This document shows positions 42,201 to 57,800 of a DNA stretch of 64,000 bases, one piece after another. This DNA is from Eledone cirrhosa (lineage: Eukaryota): the NCBI GenBank assembly GCA_964016885.1, contig OZ024742.1:16492001-16556000 (forward strand), in the 5' to 3' direction. A model generated the notes under the pieces. That model worked only from the letters and a program-made list of their open reading frames with translations. It did not search any database and was not told the DNA's origin. The position numbers were made by a program, and so were the translations under genes. Numbering within the stretch: the stretch's first letter is position 1; each line of letters begins with the position of its first letter.

Positions 42201-45200
42201 GTATTAACAATGATGGTAGTGAGAGTGATGTTGACAACTGTAATATTAACAATGATGGTAGTGACAGTGATGTTGACAACTGTAGTATTAACAATGATGA
42301 TATTGACAGTGATGTTGACAACTGTAGTATTAACAATGCTGGTAGTAACAGTGATGTTGACATCTGCAATATTAACAAAGATGGTAGTGACAGTGATGTT
42401 GACAACTGTAGTATTAACAATGCTAGTAGTAACAGTGATGTTGACATCTGCAATATTAACAATGATGGTAGTGACAGTGATGTTGACAACTGGAGTATTA
42501 ACAATGATGGTAGTAACAGTGATGTTGACAACTGTAGTATTAACAATGATGGTAGTAACAGTGATGTTGACAACTGTAATATTAACAATGATGGTAGTGA
42601 CAGTGATGTTGACAACTGTAGTATTAACAATGATGGTAGTGACAGTGATTTTGAGAACTGTAGTATTAACAATGATGGTAGTGACAGTGATGTTGACAAC
42701 TGTAGTATTAACAATGATGGTAATGACTGTGATGTTGACAACTGGAGTATTAACAATGATGGTAGTAACAGTGATGTTGACAACTGTAGTATTAACAATG
42801 ATGGTAATGACTGTGATGTTGACAACTTTAGTATTAACAATGATGGTAGTAACAGTGATGTTGACAACTGTAGTATTAACAATGATGGTAGTGACAGTGA
42901 TGTTGACAACTGTAGTATTAACAATGATGGTAGTAACAGTGATGTTGACAACTGTAGTATTAACAATGATGGTAGTATCAGTTATGTTGACAACTGTAAT
43001 ATTAACAATGATGGTAGTAACAGTGATGTTGACAACTGTAGTATTAACAATGATGGTAGTAACAGTGATGTTGACAACTGTAGTATTAACAATGATGGTA
43101 GTGACAGTGATGTTGACAACTGTAGTATTAACAATGATGGTAGTGACAGTGATGTTGACAACTGTAATATTAACAATGATGGTAGTAACAGTGATGTTGA
43201 CAACTGTAATATATACAATGATGGTAGTGACAGTGATGTTGACAACTGTAATATTAACAATGATGGTAGTGTCAGTGATGTTGACAACTGTAATATTAAC
43301 AATGATGGTAGTGACAGTGATGTTGACAACTGTAGTATTAACAATGATGATATTGCCAGTGATGTTGACAACTGTAATATTAACAATGATGGTAGTGACA
43401 GTGATGTTGACAACTGTAATATTAACAATGATGGTAGTGACAGTGATGTTGACAACTGTAATATTAACAATGATGGTAGTGACAGTGATGTTGACAACTG
43501 GAGTATTAACAATGATGGTAGTGACAGTGATGTTGACAACTGTAATATTAACAATGATGGTAGTGACAGTGATGTTGACAACTGTAATATTAACAATGAT
43601 GGTAGTGACAGTGATGTTGACAACTGGAGTATTAACAATGATGGTAGTGACAGTGATGTTGACAACTGTAATATTAACAATGATGGTAGTGACAGTGATG
43701 TTGACAACTGTAATATTAACAATGATGGTAGTAACAGTGATGGTGACAACTGTAGTATTAACAATGATGATATTGCCAGTGATGTTGACAACTGTAATAT
43801 TAACAATGATGGTAGTAACAGTGATGTTGACAACTGTAGTATTAACAATGATGGTAGTGACAGTGATGTTGACAACTGTAGTATTAACAATGATGCTAGT
43901 AACATTGATGTTGACAACCAACTGTAATATTAAAAATGATGGTAGTGACAGTGATGTTGACAACTGTAGTATTAACGATGATGGTAGTGACAGTGATGTT
44001 GACAACTGTAGTATTAACAATGATGGTAGTGACAGTGATGTTGACAACTGTGGTATTAACAATAATGGTAGTGATAGTGATGTTGACAACTGTAGTATTA
44101 ACAATGATGGTGTGACAGTGATGTTGACAACTGTAATATTAACAATGATGGTAGTAACAGTGATGTTGACAACTGTAGTATTAACAATAATGGTAGTGAC
44201 AGTGATGTTGACAATTGTAGTATTAACAATGATGGTAGTGACAGTGATGTTGAAAACTGTAACATTAACAATGATGGTAGTAACAGTGATGTTGACAACT
44301 GGAGTATTAACAATGATGATATTGACAGTGATGTTGACAACTGTAATATTAACAATGATGGTAGTAACAGTGATGTTGACAACTGTAGTATTAACAATGA
44401 TGTTAGTGACAGTGATGTTGACAACTGTACTATTAACAATGATGGTAGTAACATTGATGTTGACAACTGTAATATTAACAATGATGGTAGTGACAGTGAT
44501 GTTGACAACTCTAATATTAACAATGATGGTGGTAACAGTGATGTTGACAACTGTAGTATTAACAATGATGGTAGTGACAGTGATGTTGACAACTTTATTA
44601 TTAACAATGATGGTAGTGACAGTGATGTTGACAACTGTAATATTAACAATGATGGTAGTGACAGTGATGTTGACAACTGTAATATTAACAATGATGGTAG
44701 TGACAGTGATGTTGACAACTGTAATATTAACAATGATGGTAGTAACAATGATGTTGACAACTAGTATTAACAATGATGATAGTGATAGTGATGTTGACAA
44801 CTGTAGTATTAACGATGCTGGTAGTAACAGTGATGTTGACATCTGCAATATTAACAATGATGGTAGTGACAGTGATGTTGACAACTGTAGTATTAACAAT
44901 GATGGTAGTGACAGTGATGTTGACAACTGTAGTATTAACAATGATGGTAGTGACAGTGATGTTGACAACTGTAATATTAACAATGATGGTAGTAACAGTG
45001 CTGTTGACAACTGTAGTATTAACAATGATGATATTGCCAGTGATGTTGACAACTGTAATATTAACAATGATGGTAGTAACAGTGATGTTGACAACTGGAG
45101 TATTAACAATGATGATATTGACAGTGATGTTGACAACTGTAATATTAACAATGATGGTAGTAACAGTGATGTTGACAACTGTAGTATTAACGATGCTGGT

Positions 45201-47100
45201 AGTAACAGTGATGTTGACATCTGCAATATTAACAATGATGGTAGTGACAGTGATGTTGACAACTGTAGTATTAACAATGATGGTAGTAACAGTGATGTTG
45301 ACAACTGTAGTATTAACAATGATGGTAGTGACAGTGATGTTGACAACTGTAATATTAACAATGATGGTAGTGACAGTGATGTTGACAACTGTAGTATTAA
45401 CGATGATGGTAGTGACAGTGATGTTGACAACTGTAGTATTAACAATGATGGTAGTGACAGTGATGTTGACAACTGTGGTATTAACAATAATGGTAGTGAT
45501 AGTGATGTTGACAACTGTAGTATTAACAATGATGGTGTGTGACAGTGATGTTGACAACTGTAATATTAACAATGATGGTAGTAACAGTGATGTTGACAAC
45601 TGTAGTATTAACAATAATGGTAGTGACAGTGATGTTGAGAACTGTAGTATTAACAATGATGGTAGTGACAGTGATGTTGACAACTGTAATATTAACAATG
45701 ATGGTAGTGACAGTGATGTTGACAACTGTAATATTAACAATGATGGTAGTAACAGTGATGTTGACAACTGTAGTATTAACAATGATGATAGTGACAGTGA
45801 TGTTGACAACTGTAGTATTAACAATGCTGGTAGTAACAGTGATGTTGACATCTGCAATATTAACAATGATGGTAGTGACAGTGATGTTGACAACTGTAGT
45901 ATTAACAATGATGGTAGTGACAGTGATGTTGACAACTGTAGTATTAACAATGATGGTAGTGACAGTGATGTTGACAACTGTAATATTAACAATGATGGTA
46001 GTAACAGTGATGTTGACAACTGTAGTATTAACAATGATGATATTGCCAGTGATGTTGACAACTGTAATATTAACAATGATGGTAGTGACAGTGATGTTGA
46101 CAACTGGAGTATTAACAATGATGGTAGTAACAGTGATGTTGACAACTGTAGTATTAAAAATGATGGTAGTGACATTGATGTTGACAACTGTAGTATTAAA
46201 AATGATGGTAGTAACAGTGATGTTGACAACTGTAATATTAACAATGATGGTAGTGACAGTGATGTTGACAACTGTACTATTAACAATGATGGTAGTGACA
46301 GTGATGTTGACAACTGTAGTATTAACAATGCTGGTAGTAACAGTGATGTTGACATCTGCAATATTAACAATGATTGTAGTGACAGTGATGTTGACAACTG
46401 TAGTATTAACAATGATGGTAGTAACATTGATGTTGACAACTGTAATATTAACAATGATGGTAGTGACAATGATGTTGACAACTGTAATATTAACAATGAT
46501 GGTAGTAACAGTGATGTTGACAACTTTAGTATTAACAATGATGGTAGTGACAGTGATGTTGACAATTGTAGTATTAACAATGATGGTAGTAACAGTGATG
46601 TTGACAACTGTAATATTAACAATGATGGTAGTGACAATGATGTTGACAACTGTAATATTAACAATGATGGTAGTAACAGTGATGTTGACAACTGGAGTAT
46701 TAACAATGATGGTAGTGACAGTGATGTTAACAACTGTAGTATTAACAATGATGGTAGTGACATTTATGTTGACAACTGTAATAGTAACAATGATGGTAGT
46801 GACAGTGATGTTGACAACTGTAGTATTAACAATGATGGTAGTGAGAGTGATGTTGACAACTGTAATATTAACAATGATGGTAGTGACAGTGATGTTGACA
46901 ACTGTAGTATTAACAATGATGATATTGACAGTGATGTTGACAACTGTAGTATTAACAATGCTGGTAGTAACAGTGATGTTGACATCTGCAATATTAACAA
47001 AGATGGTAGTGACAGTGATGTTGACAACTGTAGTATTAACAATGCTAGTAGTAACAGTGATGTTGACATCTGCAATATTAACAATGATGGTAGTGACAGT
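33230..47100. repeat. Domain of ~1.4-kb cassettes bounded by the GGTGTGTGAC (+1) indel, nested in 4.6-6.3 kb duplications
   Basis: The +1 marker lies at ~33236, 34663, 38108, 39493, 40920 and 45542 (also 16006, 17433, 23331). The internal -2 marker gacaactag lies at 33885, 38715, 40142 and 44764. Spacing of 1427 equals 34x42-1. Pairs 40920/45542 and 42142/46764 are both 4622 apart. Confidence 0.85.
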
Positions 47101-50100
47101 GATGTTGACAACTGTAGTATTAACAATGATGGTAATGACTGTGATGTTGACAACTTTAGTATTAACAATGATGGTAGTAACAGTGATGTTGACAACTGTA
47201 GTATTAACAATGATGGTAGTGACAGTGATGTTGACAACTGTAGTATTAACAATGATGGTAATGACTGTGATGTTGACAACTGGAGTATTAACAATGATGC
47301 TAGTAACAGTGATGTTGACAACTGTAGTATTAACAATGATGGTAGTGACAGTGATGTTGACAACTGTAATATTAACAATGATGGTAGTAACAGTGATGTT
47401 GACAACTGTAGTATTAACAATGATGGTAGTGACAGTGATGTTGACAACTGTAGTATTAACAATGATGGTAGTGACATTGATGTTGACAACTGCTATTTTA
47501 ACAATGATGGTAGTGACAGTGATGTTGACAACTGTAGTATTAACAATGATGGTAGTAACAGTGATGTTGACAACTGTAGTATTAACAATGATGATATTGC
47601 CAGTGATGTTGACAACTGTAATATTAACAATGATGGTAGTAACAGTGATGTTGACAACTATAATATATACAATGATGGTAGTGACAGTGATGTTGACAAC
47701 TGTAATATTAACAATGATGGTAGTGACAGTGATGTTGACAACTGTAGTATTAACAATGATGGTAGTGACATTGATGTTGACAACTGCTATTTTAACAATG
47801 ATGGTAGTGACAGTGATGTTGACAACTGTAGTATTAACAATGATGGTAGTGACAGTGATGTTGACAACTGTAATATTAACAATGATGGTAGTAACAGTGA
47901 TGTTGACAACTGTAGTATTAACAATGATGATATTGACAGTGATGTTGACAACTGTAATATTAACAATGATGGTAGTGACAGTGATGTTGACAACTCTAAT
48001 ATTAACAATTATGGTAGTAACAGTGATGTTGACAACTGTAGTATTAACAAAGGTGGTAGTGACAGTGATGTTGACAACTGTAGTATTAACAATGATGGTA
48101 GTAACAGTGATGTTGAAATCTGCAATATTAACAATGATGGTAGTGACAGTGATGTTGACAACTGTAGTATTAACAATGATGATATTGACAGTGATGTTGA
48201 CAACCAACTGTAATATTAACAATGATGGTAGAGACAGAGATGTTGACAACTGGAGTATTAACAATGATGGTAGTGACAGTGATGTTGACAACTGTAGTAT
48301 TAACAATGAGGGTAGTAACAGTGATGTTGACAACTGTATTATTAACAATGATGGTAGTGCCAGTGATGTTGACAACTGTAGTATTAACAATGATGGTAGT
48401 GACAGTGATGTTGACAACTGTAATATTAACAATGATGGTAGTGACAGTGATGTTGACAACTGTAGTATTAACAATGATGGTAGTGACAGTGATGTTGACA
48501 ACTGTAGTATTAACAATGATGGTAGTAACAGTGATGTTGACAACTGTAGTATTAACAATGATGATATTGACTGTGATGTTGACAACTGTAATATTAACAA
48601 TGATGGTAGTAACAGTGATGTTGACAACTGTAGTATTAACAATGATGGTAGTGACAGTGATGTTGACAACTGTAGTATTAACAATGATGGTAGTAACAGT
48701 GATGTTGACAACTGTAATATTAACAATGATGGTAGTGACAGTGATGTTGACAACTGGAGTATTAACAATGATGATATTGACTGTGATGTTGACAACTGTA
48801 ATATTAACAATGATGGTAGTAACAGTGATGTTGACAACTGTAATATTAACAATGATGGTAGTAACAGTGATGTTGACAACTGTAGTATTAACAATGATGG
48901 TAGTGACAGTGATGTTGACATCTGCAATATTAACAATGATGGTAGTGACAATTATGTCGACAACTGTAGTATTAACAATGATGGTAGTGACAGTGATGTT
49001 GACAACTGTAGTAGTAACAATGATGGTAGTGACAGTGATGTTGACAACTGTACTATTAACAATGATGGTAGTAACAGTGATGTTGACAACTGTAATATAT
49101 ACAATGATGGTAGTGAGAGTGATGTTGACAACTGTACTATTAACAATGATGGTAGTAACAGTGATGTTGACAACTGTAGTATTAACAATGATGGTAGTAA
49201 CAGTGATGTTGACATCTGCAATATTAACAATGATGGTAGTAACATTGATGTTGACAACTGTAGTATTAACAATGCTGGTAGTGACAGTGATGTTGACAAC
49301 TGTAGTATTAACACTGATGGTAGTGACAGTGATGTTGACAACTGTAGTATTAAAAATAATGGTAGTGACAGTGATGTTGACAACTGTAATATTAACAATG
49401 ATGGTAGTAACAGTGATGTTGACAACTGTAGTATTAACAATGATGGTAGTGAGAGTGATGTTGACAACTGTAATATTAACAATGATGGTAGTGACAGTGA
49501 TGTTGACAACTGTAGTATTAACAATGATGGTAGTAACAGTGATGTTGACAACTGTAATATTAACAATGATGGTAGTAACAGTGATGTTGACAACTGTAGT
49601 ATTAACAATGATGGTATTGACAGTGATGTTGACAACTGTAATAGTAACAATGATGGTAGTGACAGTGATGTTGACAACTGTAATATTAACAATGATGGTA
49701 GTAACAGTGATGTTGACAACTGTAGTATTAACAATGATGATAGTGACAGTGATGTTGACAACTGTAGTATTAACAATGCTGGTAGTAACAGTGATGTTGA
49801 CATCTGCAATATTAACAATGATGGTAGTGACAGTGATGTTGACAACTGTAATATTAACAATGATGGTAGTAACAGTGATGTTGACAACTGTAGTATTAAC
49901 AATGATGATATTGACAGTGATGTTGACAACTGTAATAGTAACAATGATGGTAGTGACAGTGATGTTGACAACTGTAGTATTAACAATGATGGTAGTGACA
50001 GTGATGTTGACAACTGTAATATTAACAATGATGGTAGTGAGAGTGATGTTGACAACTGTAGTATTAACAATGATGGTAGTATCAGTTATGTTGACAACTG

Positions 50101-51084
50101 TAGTATTAACAATGATGGTAGTGAGAGTGATGTTGACAACTGTAATATTAACAATGATGGTAGTGAGAGTGATGTTGACAACTGTTGTATTAACAATGAT
50201 GGTAGTGAGAGTGATGTTGACAACTGTAGTATTAACAATGATGGTAGTGACAGTGATGTCGACAACTGTAGTATTAACAATGATGGTAGTGACAGTGATG
50301 TTGACAACCAACTGTAATATTAACAATGATGGTAGTGACAGTGATGTTGACAACTGTAGTATTAACAAAGCTGGTAGTGACAGTGATGTTGACAACTGTA
50401 GTATTAACAATGCTGGTAGTAATAGTGATGTTGACATCTGCAATATTAACAATGATGGTAGTGACAGTGATGTTGACAACTGTAGTATTAACAATGATGG
50501 TAGTAACAGTGATGTTGACAACTGTAGTATTAACAATGATGGTAGTAACAGTGATGTTGACAACTGTAGTATTAACAATGATGGTAGTAACAGTGATGTT
50601 GACAACTGGAGTATTAACAATGATGATATTGACAGTGATGTTGACAACTGTAATATTAACAATGATGGTAGTGACAGTGATGTTGACAACTGTAGTATTA
50701 ACAATGATGGTAGTAACAGTGATGTTGACAACTGTAGTATTAACAATGATGATATTGACAGTGATGTTGACAACTGTAATATTAACAATGATGGTAGTAA
50801 CAGTGACGTTGACATCTGTAGTATTAACAATGATGGTAGTGACAGTGATGTTGACAACTGTACTATTAACAATGATGGTAGTAACCGTGATGTTGACAAC
50901 TGTAGTATTAACAATGATGGTAGTAACAGTGATGTTGACAACTGGAGTATTAACAATGATGGTAGTAACAGTGATGTTGACAACTGGAGTATTAACAATG
51001 ATGGTAGTAACAGTGATGTTGACAACTGTAGTATTAACAATGATGGTAGTGACAGTGATGTTGACAACTCTAGTATTAACAATG

Positions 51085-51365
51085 ATGGTAGTGACTGATG
51101 TTGACAACTGTAGTGTTAACAATGATGGTAGTGACAGTTATGTTGACAACTCTAGTATTAACAATGATGGTAGTGACTGATGTTGACAACTGTAGTGTTA
51201 ACAATGATGGTAGTGACAGTGATGTTGACAACTGTAGTATTAACAATGATGGTAGTGACTGATGTTGACAACTGTAGTGTTAACAATGATGGTAGTGACA
51301 GTGATGTTGACAACTCTAGTATTAACAATGATGGTAGTGACTGATGTTGACAACTGTAGTGTTAA
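51085..51365. repeat. 82-bp dimer repeat (40-bp deletion monomer plus 42-bp monomer); two-copy paralog at 60420-60530
   Basis: The 2-bp deletion gtgactgatg followed by tgtagtgtt occurs at ~51098, 51180, 51262 and 51344, and again at 60428 and 60510. Confidence 0.9.
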
Positions 51366-51879
51366 CAATGATGGTAGTAACAGTGATGTTGACAACTGTA
51401 GTATTAACAATGATGGTAGTAACAGTGATGTTGACAACTGTACTATTAACAATGATGGTAGTGACAGTGATGTTGACAACTGGAGTATTAACAATGATGG
51501 TAGTGACAGTGATGTTGACAACTGTACTATTAACAATGATGGTAGTGACATTGATGTTGACAACTGTAGTATTAACAATGATGGTAGTGACAGTGATGTT
51601 GACAACTGTAGTATTAACAATGATGGTAGTGACATTGATGTTGACAACTGTAGTATTAACAATGATGATATTGACAGTGATGTTGACAACTGTAATATTA
51701 ACAATGATGGTAGTGACATTGATGTTGACAACTGCAGTATTAACAATGATGGTAGTGACATTGATGTTGACAACTGTAGTATTAACAATGATGGTAGTGA
51801 CAGTGATGTTGACAACTGTAGTATTAACAATGATGGTAGTGACATTGATGTTGACAACTGTAGTATTAACAATGATGGT

Positions 51880-54800
51880 AGTGACATTGATGTTGACAAC
51901 TGTAGTATTAACAATGATGGTAGTGACAGTGATGTTGACAACTGTAGTATTAACAATGATGGTAGTAACAGTGATGTTGACAACTGTAATATTAACAATG
52001 ATGGTAGTGACAGTGATGTTGACAACTGTAATATTAACAATGATGATATTGACAGTGATGTTGACAACTGTACTATTAACAATGATGGTAGTAACAGTGA
52101 TGTTGACAACTGTAATATATACAATGATGGTAGTGACAGTGATGTTGACAACTGTAATATTAACAATGATGGTAGTAACAGTGATGTTGACAACTGTAGT
52201 ATTAACAATGATGGTAGTGACAGTGATGTTGACAACTGTAGTATTAACAATGATGGTAGTAACAGTGATGTTGACAACTGTAATCTTAACAATGATGGTA
52301 GTAACAGTGATGTTGACAACTGTAGTATTAACAATGATGGTATTGACAGTGATGTTGACAACTGTAATAGTAACAATGATGGTAGTGACAGTGATGTTGA
52401 CAACTGTAATATTAACAATGATGGTAGTAACAGTGATGTTGACAACTGTAATATTAACAATGATGGTAGTAACAGTGATGTTGACAACTGTAGTATTAAC
52501 AATGATGATATTGACAGTGATTTTGACAACTGTAATAGTAACAATGATGGTAGTGACAGTGATGTTGACAACTGTAATATTAACAATGATGGTAGTAACA
52601 GTGATGTTGACAACTGTAGTATTAACAATGATGATAGTGACAGTGATGTTGACAACTGTAGTATTAACAATGCTGGTAGTAACAGTGATGTTGACATCTG
52701 CAATATTAACAATGATGGTAGTGACAGTGATGTTGAGAACTGTAATATTAACAATGATGGTAGTAACAGTGATGTTGACAACTGTAGTATTAACAATGAT
52801 GATATTGACAGTGATGTTGACAACTGTAATAGTAACAATGATGGTAGTGACAGGGATGTTGACAACTGTAGTATTAAAAATGATGGTAGTGACAGTGATG
52901 TTGACAACTGTAATATTAACAATGATGGTAGTGAGAGTGATGTTGACAACTGTAGTATTAACAATGATGGTAGTATCAGTTATGTTGACAACTGTAGTAT
53001 TAACAATGATGGTAGTGAGAGTGATGTTGACAACTGTAATATTAACAATGATGGTAGTGAGAGTGATGTTGACAACTGTAGTATTAACAATGATGGTAGT
53101 ATCAGTGATGTTGACAACTTTAATATTAACAATGATGGTAGTGAGAGTGATGTTGACAACTGTAATATTAACAATGATGGTAGTGAGAGTGATGTTGACA
53201 ACTGTAGTATTAACAATGATGGTAGTGAGAGTGATGTTGACAACTGTAGTATTAACAATGATGGTAGTGACAGTGATGTCGACAACTGTAGTATTAACAA
53301 TGATGGTAGTGACAGTGATGTTGACAACCAACTGTAATATTAACAATGATGGTAGTGACAGTGATGTTGACAACTGTAGTATTAACAATGCTGGTAGTGA
53401 CAGTGATGTTGACAACTGTAGTATTAACAATGCTGGTAGTAATAGTGATGTTGACATCTGCAATATTAACAATTATGGTAGTGACAGTGATGTTGACAAC
53501 TGTAGTATTAACAATGATGGTAGTCACAGTGATGTTGACAACTGTAATATTAACAATGATGGTAGTAACAGTGATGTTGACAACTGTAGTATTAACAATG
53601 ATGGTAGTGACATTGATGTTGACAACTGTAGTATTAACAATGCTGGTAGTGACAGTGATGTTGACAACTGTAGTATTAACAATGCTGGTAGTAACAGTGA
53701 TGTTGACATCTGCAATATGAACATTGATGGTAGTGACAGTGATGTTGACAACTGTAGTATTAACAGTGATGATATTGACAGTGATGTTGACAACTGTAAT
53801 ATTAACAATGATGGTAGTGACAGTGATGTTGACAACTGTAATATTAACAATGATGGTAGAAACGGTGATGTTGACAACTGTAGTATTAACAATGATGATA
53901 TTGACAGTGATGTTGACAACTGTAATATTAACAATGATGGTAGTAACAGTGATGTTGACATCTGCAATATTAACAATGATGGTAGTGACAATTATGTCGA
54001 CAACTGTAGTATTAACAATGATGATAGTGACAGTGATGTTGACAACTGTAGTATTAACAATGATGGTAGTGACAGTGATGTTGACAACTGTACTATTAAC
54101 AATGATGGTAGTAACAGTGATGTTGACAACTGTAATATATACAATGATGGTAGTGACAGTGATGTTGACAACTGTAATATTAACAATGATGGTAGTAACA
54201 GTGATGTTGACAACTGTAGTATTAACAATGATGGTAGTAACAGTGATGTTGACAACTGTAATATTAACAATGATGGTAGTAACAGTGATGTTGACAACTG
54301 TAGTATTAACAATGATGGTAGTAACAGTGATGTTGACAACTGTAGTATTAACAATGATGGTAGTGACAGTGATGTTGACAACTGTACTATTAACAATGAT
54401 GGTAGTAACAGTGATGTTGACAACTGTAATATATACAATGATGGTAGTGACAGTGATGTTGACAACTGTAATATTAACAATGATGGTAGTAACAGTGATG
54501 TTGACAACTGTAGTATTAACAATGATGGTAGTAACAGTGATGTTGACAACTGTAATATATACAATGATGGTAGTGAAGTGATGTTGACAACTGTAATATA
54601 TACAATGATGGTAGTAACAGTGATGTTGACAACTGTAATATTAACAATGATGGTAGTAACAGTGATGTTGACAACTGTAGTATTAACAATGATGGTATTG
54701 ACAGTGATGTTGACAACTGTAATAGTAACAATGATGGTAGTGACAGTGATGTTGACAACTGTAATATTAACAATGATGGTAGTAACAGTGATGTTGACAA

Positions 54801-57800
54801 CTGTAATATTAACAATGATGGTAGTAACAGTGATGTTGACAACTGTATTATTAACAATGATGATATTGACAGTGATTTTGACAACTGTAATAGTAACAAT
54901 GATGGTAGTGACAGTGATGTTGACAACTGTAATATTAACAATGATGGTAGTAACAGTGATGTTGACAACTGTAGTATTAACAATGATGATAGTGACAGTG
55001 ATGTTGACAACTGTAGTATTAACAATGCTGGTAGTAACAGTGATGTTGACATCTGCAATATTAACAATGATGGTAGTGACAGTGATGTTGACAACTGTAA
55101 TATTAACAATGATGGTAGTAACAGTGATGTTGACAACTGTAGTATTAACAATGATGGTAGTGACATTGATGTTGACAACTGTAGTATTAACAATGATGGT
55201 AGTGACAGTGATGTTGACAACTGTAGTATTAACAATGATGGTAGTAACAGTGATGTTGACAACTGTAATATTAACAATGATGGTAGTGACAGTGATGTTG
55301 ACAACTGTAATATTAACAATGATGATATTGACAGTGATGTTGACAACTGTACTATTAACAATGATGGTAGTAACAGTGATGTTGACAACTGTAATATATA
55401 CAATGATGGTAGTGACAGTGATGTTGACAACTGTAATATTAACAATGATGGTAGTAACAGTGATGTTGACAACTGTAGTATTAACAATGATGGTAGTGAC
55501 AGTGATGTTGACAACTGTAGTATTAACAATGATGGTAGTAACAGTGATGTTGACAACTGTAATCTTAACAATGATGGTAGTAACAGTGATGTTGACAACT
55601 GTAGTATTAACAATGATGGTATTGACAGTGATGTTGACAACTGTAATAGTAACAATGATGGTAGTGACAGTGATGTTGACAACTGTAATATTAACAATGA
55701 TGGTAGTAACAGTGATGTTGACAACTGTAATATTAACAATGATGGTAGTAACAGTGATGTTGACAACTGTAGTATTAACAATGATGATATTGACAGTGAT
55801 TTTGACAACTGTAATAGTAACAATGATGGTAGTGACAGTGATGTTGACAACTGTAATATTAACAATGATGGTAGTAACAGTGATGTTGACAACTGTAGTA
55901 TTAACAATGATGATAGTGACAGTGATGTTGACAACTGTAGTATTAACAATGCTGGTAGTAACAGTGATGTTGACATCTGCAATATTAACAATGATGGTAG
56001 TGACAGTGATGTTGAGAACTGTAATATTAACAATGATGGTAGTAACAGTGATGTTGACAACTGTAGTATTAACAATGATGATATTGACAGTGATGTTGAC
56101 AACTGTAATAGTAACAATGATGGTAGTGACAGGGATGTTGACAACTGTAGTATTAAAAATGATGGTAGTGACAGTGATGTTGACAACTGTAATATTAACA
56201 ATGATGGTAGTGAGAGTGATGTTGACAACTGTAGTATTAACAATGATGGTAGTATCAGTTATGTTGACAACTGTAGTATTAACAATGATGGTAGTGAGAG
56301 TGATGTTGACAACTGTAATATTAACAATGATGGTAGTGAGAGTGATGTTGACAACTGTAGTATTAACAATGATGGTAGTATCAGTGATGTTGACAACTTT
56401 AATATTAACAATGATGGTAGTGAGAGTGATGTTGACAACTGTAATATTAACAATGATGGTAGTGAGAGTGATGTTGACAACTGTAGTATTAACAATGATG
56501 GTAGTGAGAGTGATGTTGACAACTGTAGTATTAACAATGATGGTAGTGACAGTGATGTCGACAACTGTAGTATTAACAATGATGGTAGTGACAGTGATGT
56601 TGACAACCAACTGTAATATTAACAATGATGGTAGTGACAGTGATGTTGACAACTGTAGTATTAACAATGCTGGTAGTGACAGTGATGTTGACAACTGTAG
56701 TATTAACAATGCTGGTAGTAATAGTGATGTTGACATCTGCAATATTAACAATTATGGTAGTGACAGTGATGTTGACAACTGTAGTATTAACAATGATGGT
56801 AGTCACAGTGATGTTGACAACTGTAATATTAACAATGATGGTAGTAACAGTGATGTTGACAACTGTAGTATTAACAATGATGGTAGTGACATTGATGTTG
56901 ACAACTGTAGTATTAACAATGCTGGTAGTGACAGTGATGTTGACAACTGTAGTATTAACAATGCTGGTAGTAACAGTGATGTTGACATCTGCAATATGAA
57001 CATTGATGGTAGTGACAGTGATGTTGACAACTGTAGTATTAACAGTGATGATATTGACAGTGATGTTGACAACTGTAATATTAACAATGATGGTAGTGAC
57101 AGTGATGTTGACAACTGTAATATTAACAATGATGGTAGAAACGGTGATGTTGACAACTGTAGTATTAACAATGATGATATTGACAGTGATGTTGACAACT
57201 GTAATATTAACAATGATGGTAGTAACAGTGATGTTGACATCTGCAATATTAACAATGATGGTAGTGACAATTATGTCGACAACTGTAGTATTAACAATGA
57301 TGATAGTGACAGTGATGTTGACAACTGTAGTATTAACAATGATGGTAGTGACAGTGATGTTGACAACTGTACTATTAACAATGATGGTAGTAACAGTGAT
57401 GTTGACAACTGTAATATATACAATGATGGTAGTGACAGTGATGTTGACAACTGTAATATTAACAATGATGGTAGTAACAGTGATGTTGACAACTGTAGTA
57501 TTAACAATGATGGTAGTAACAGTGATGTTGACAACTGTAATATTAACAATGATGGTAGTAACAGTGATGTTGACAACTGTAGTATTAACAATGATGGTAG
57601 TAACAGTGATGTTGACAACTGTAGTATTAACAATGATGGTAGTGACAGTGATGTTGACAACTGTACTATTAACAATGATGGTAGTAACAGTGATGTTGAC
57701 AACTGTAATATATACAATGATGGTAGTGACAGTGATGTTGACAACTGTAATATTAACAATGATGGTAGTAACAGTGATGTTGACAACTGTAGTATTAACA

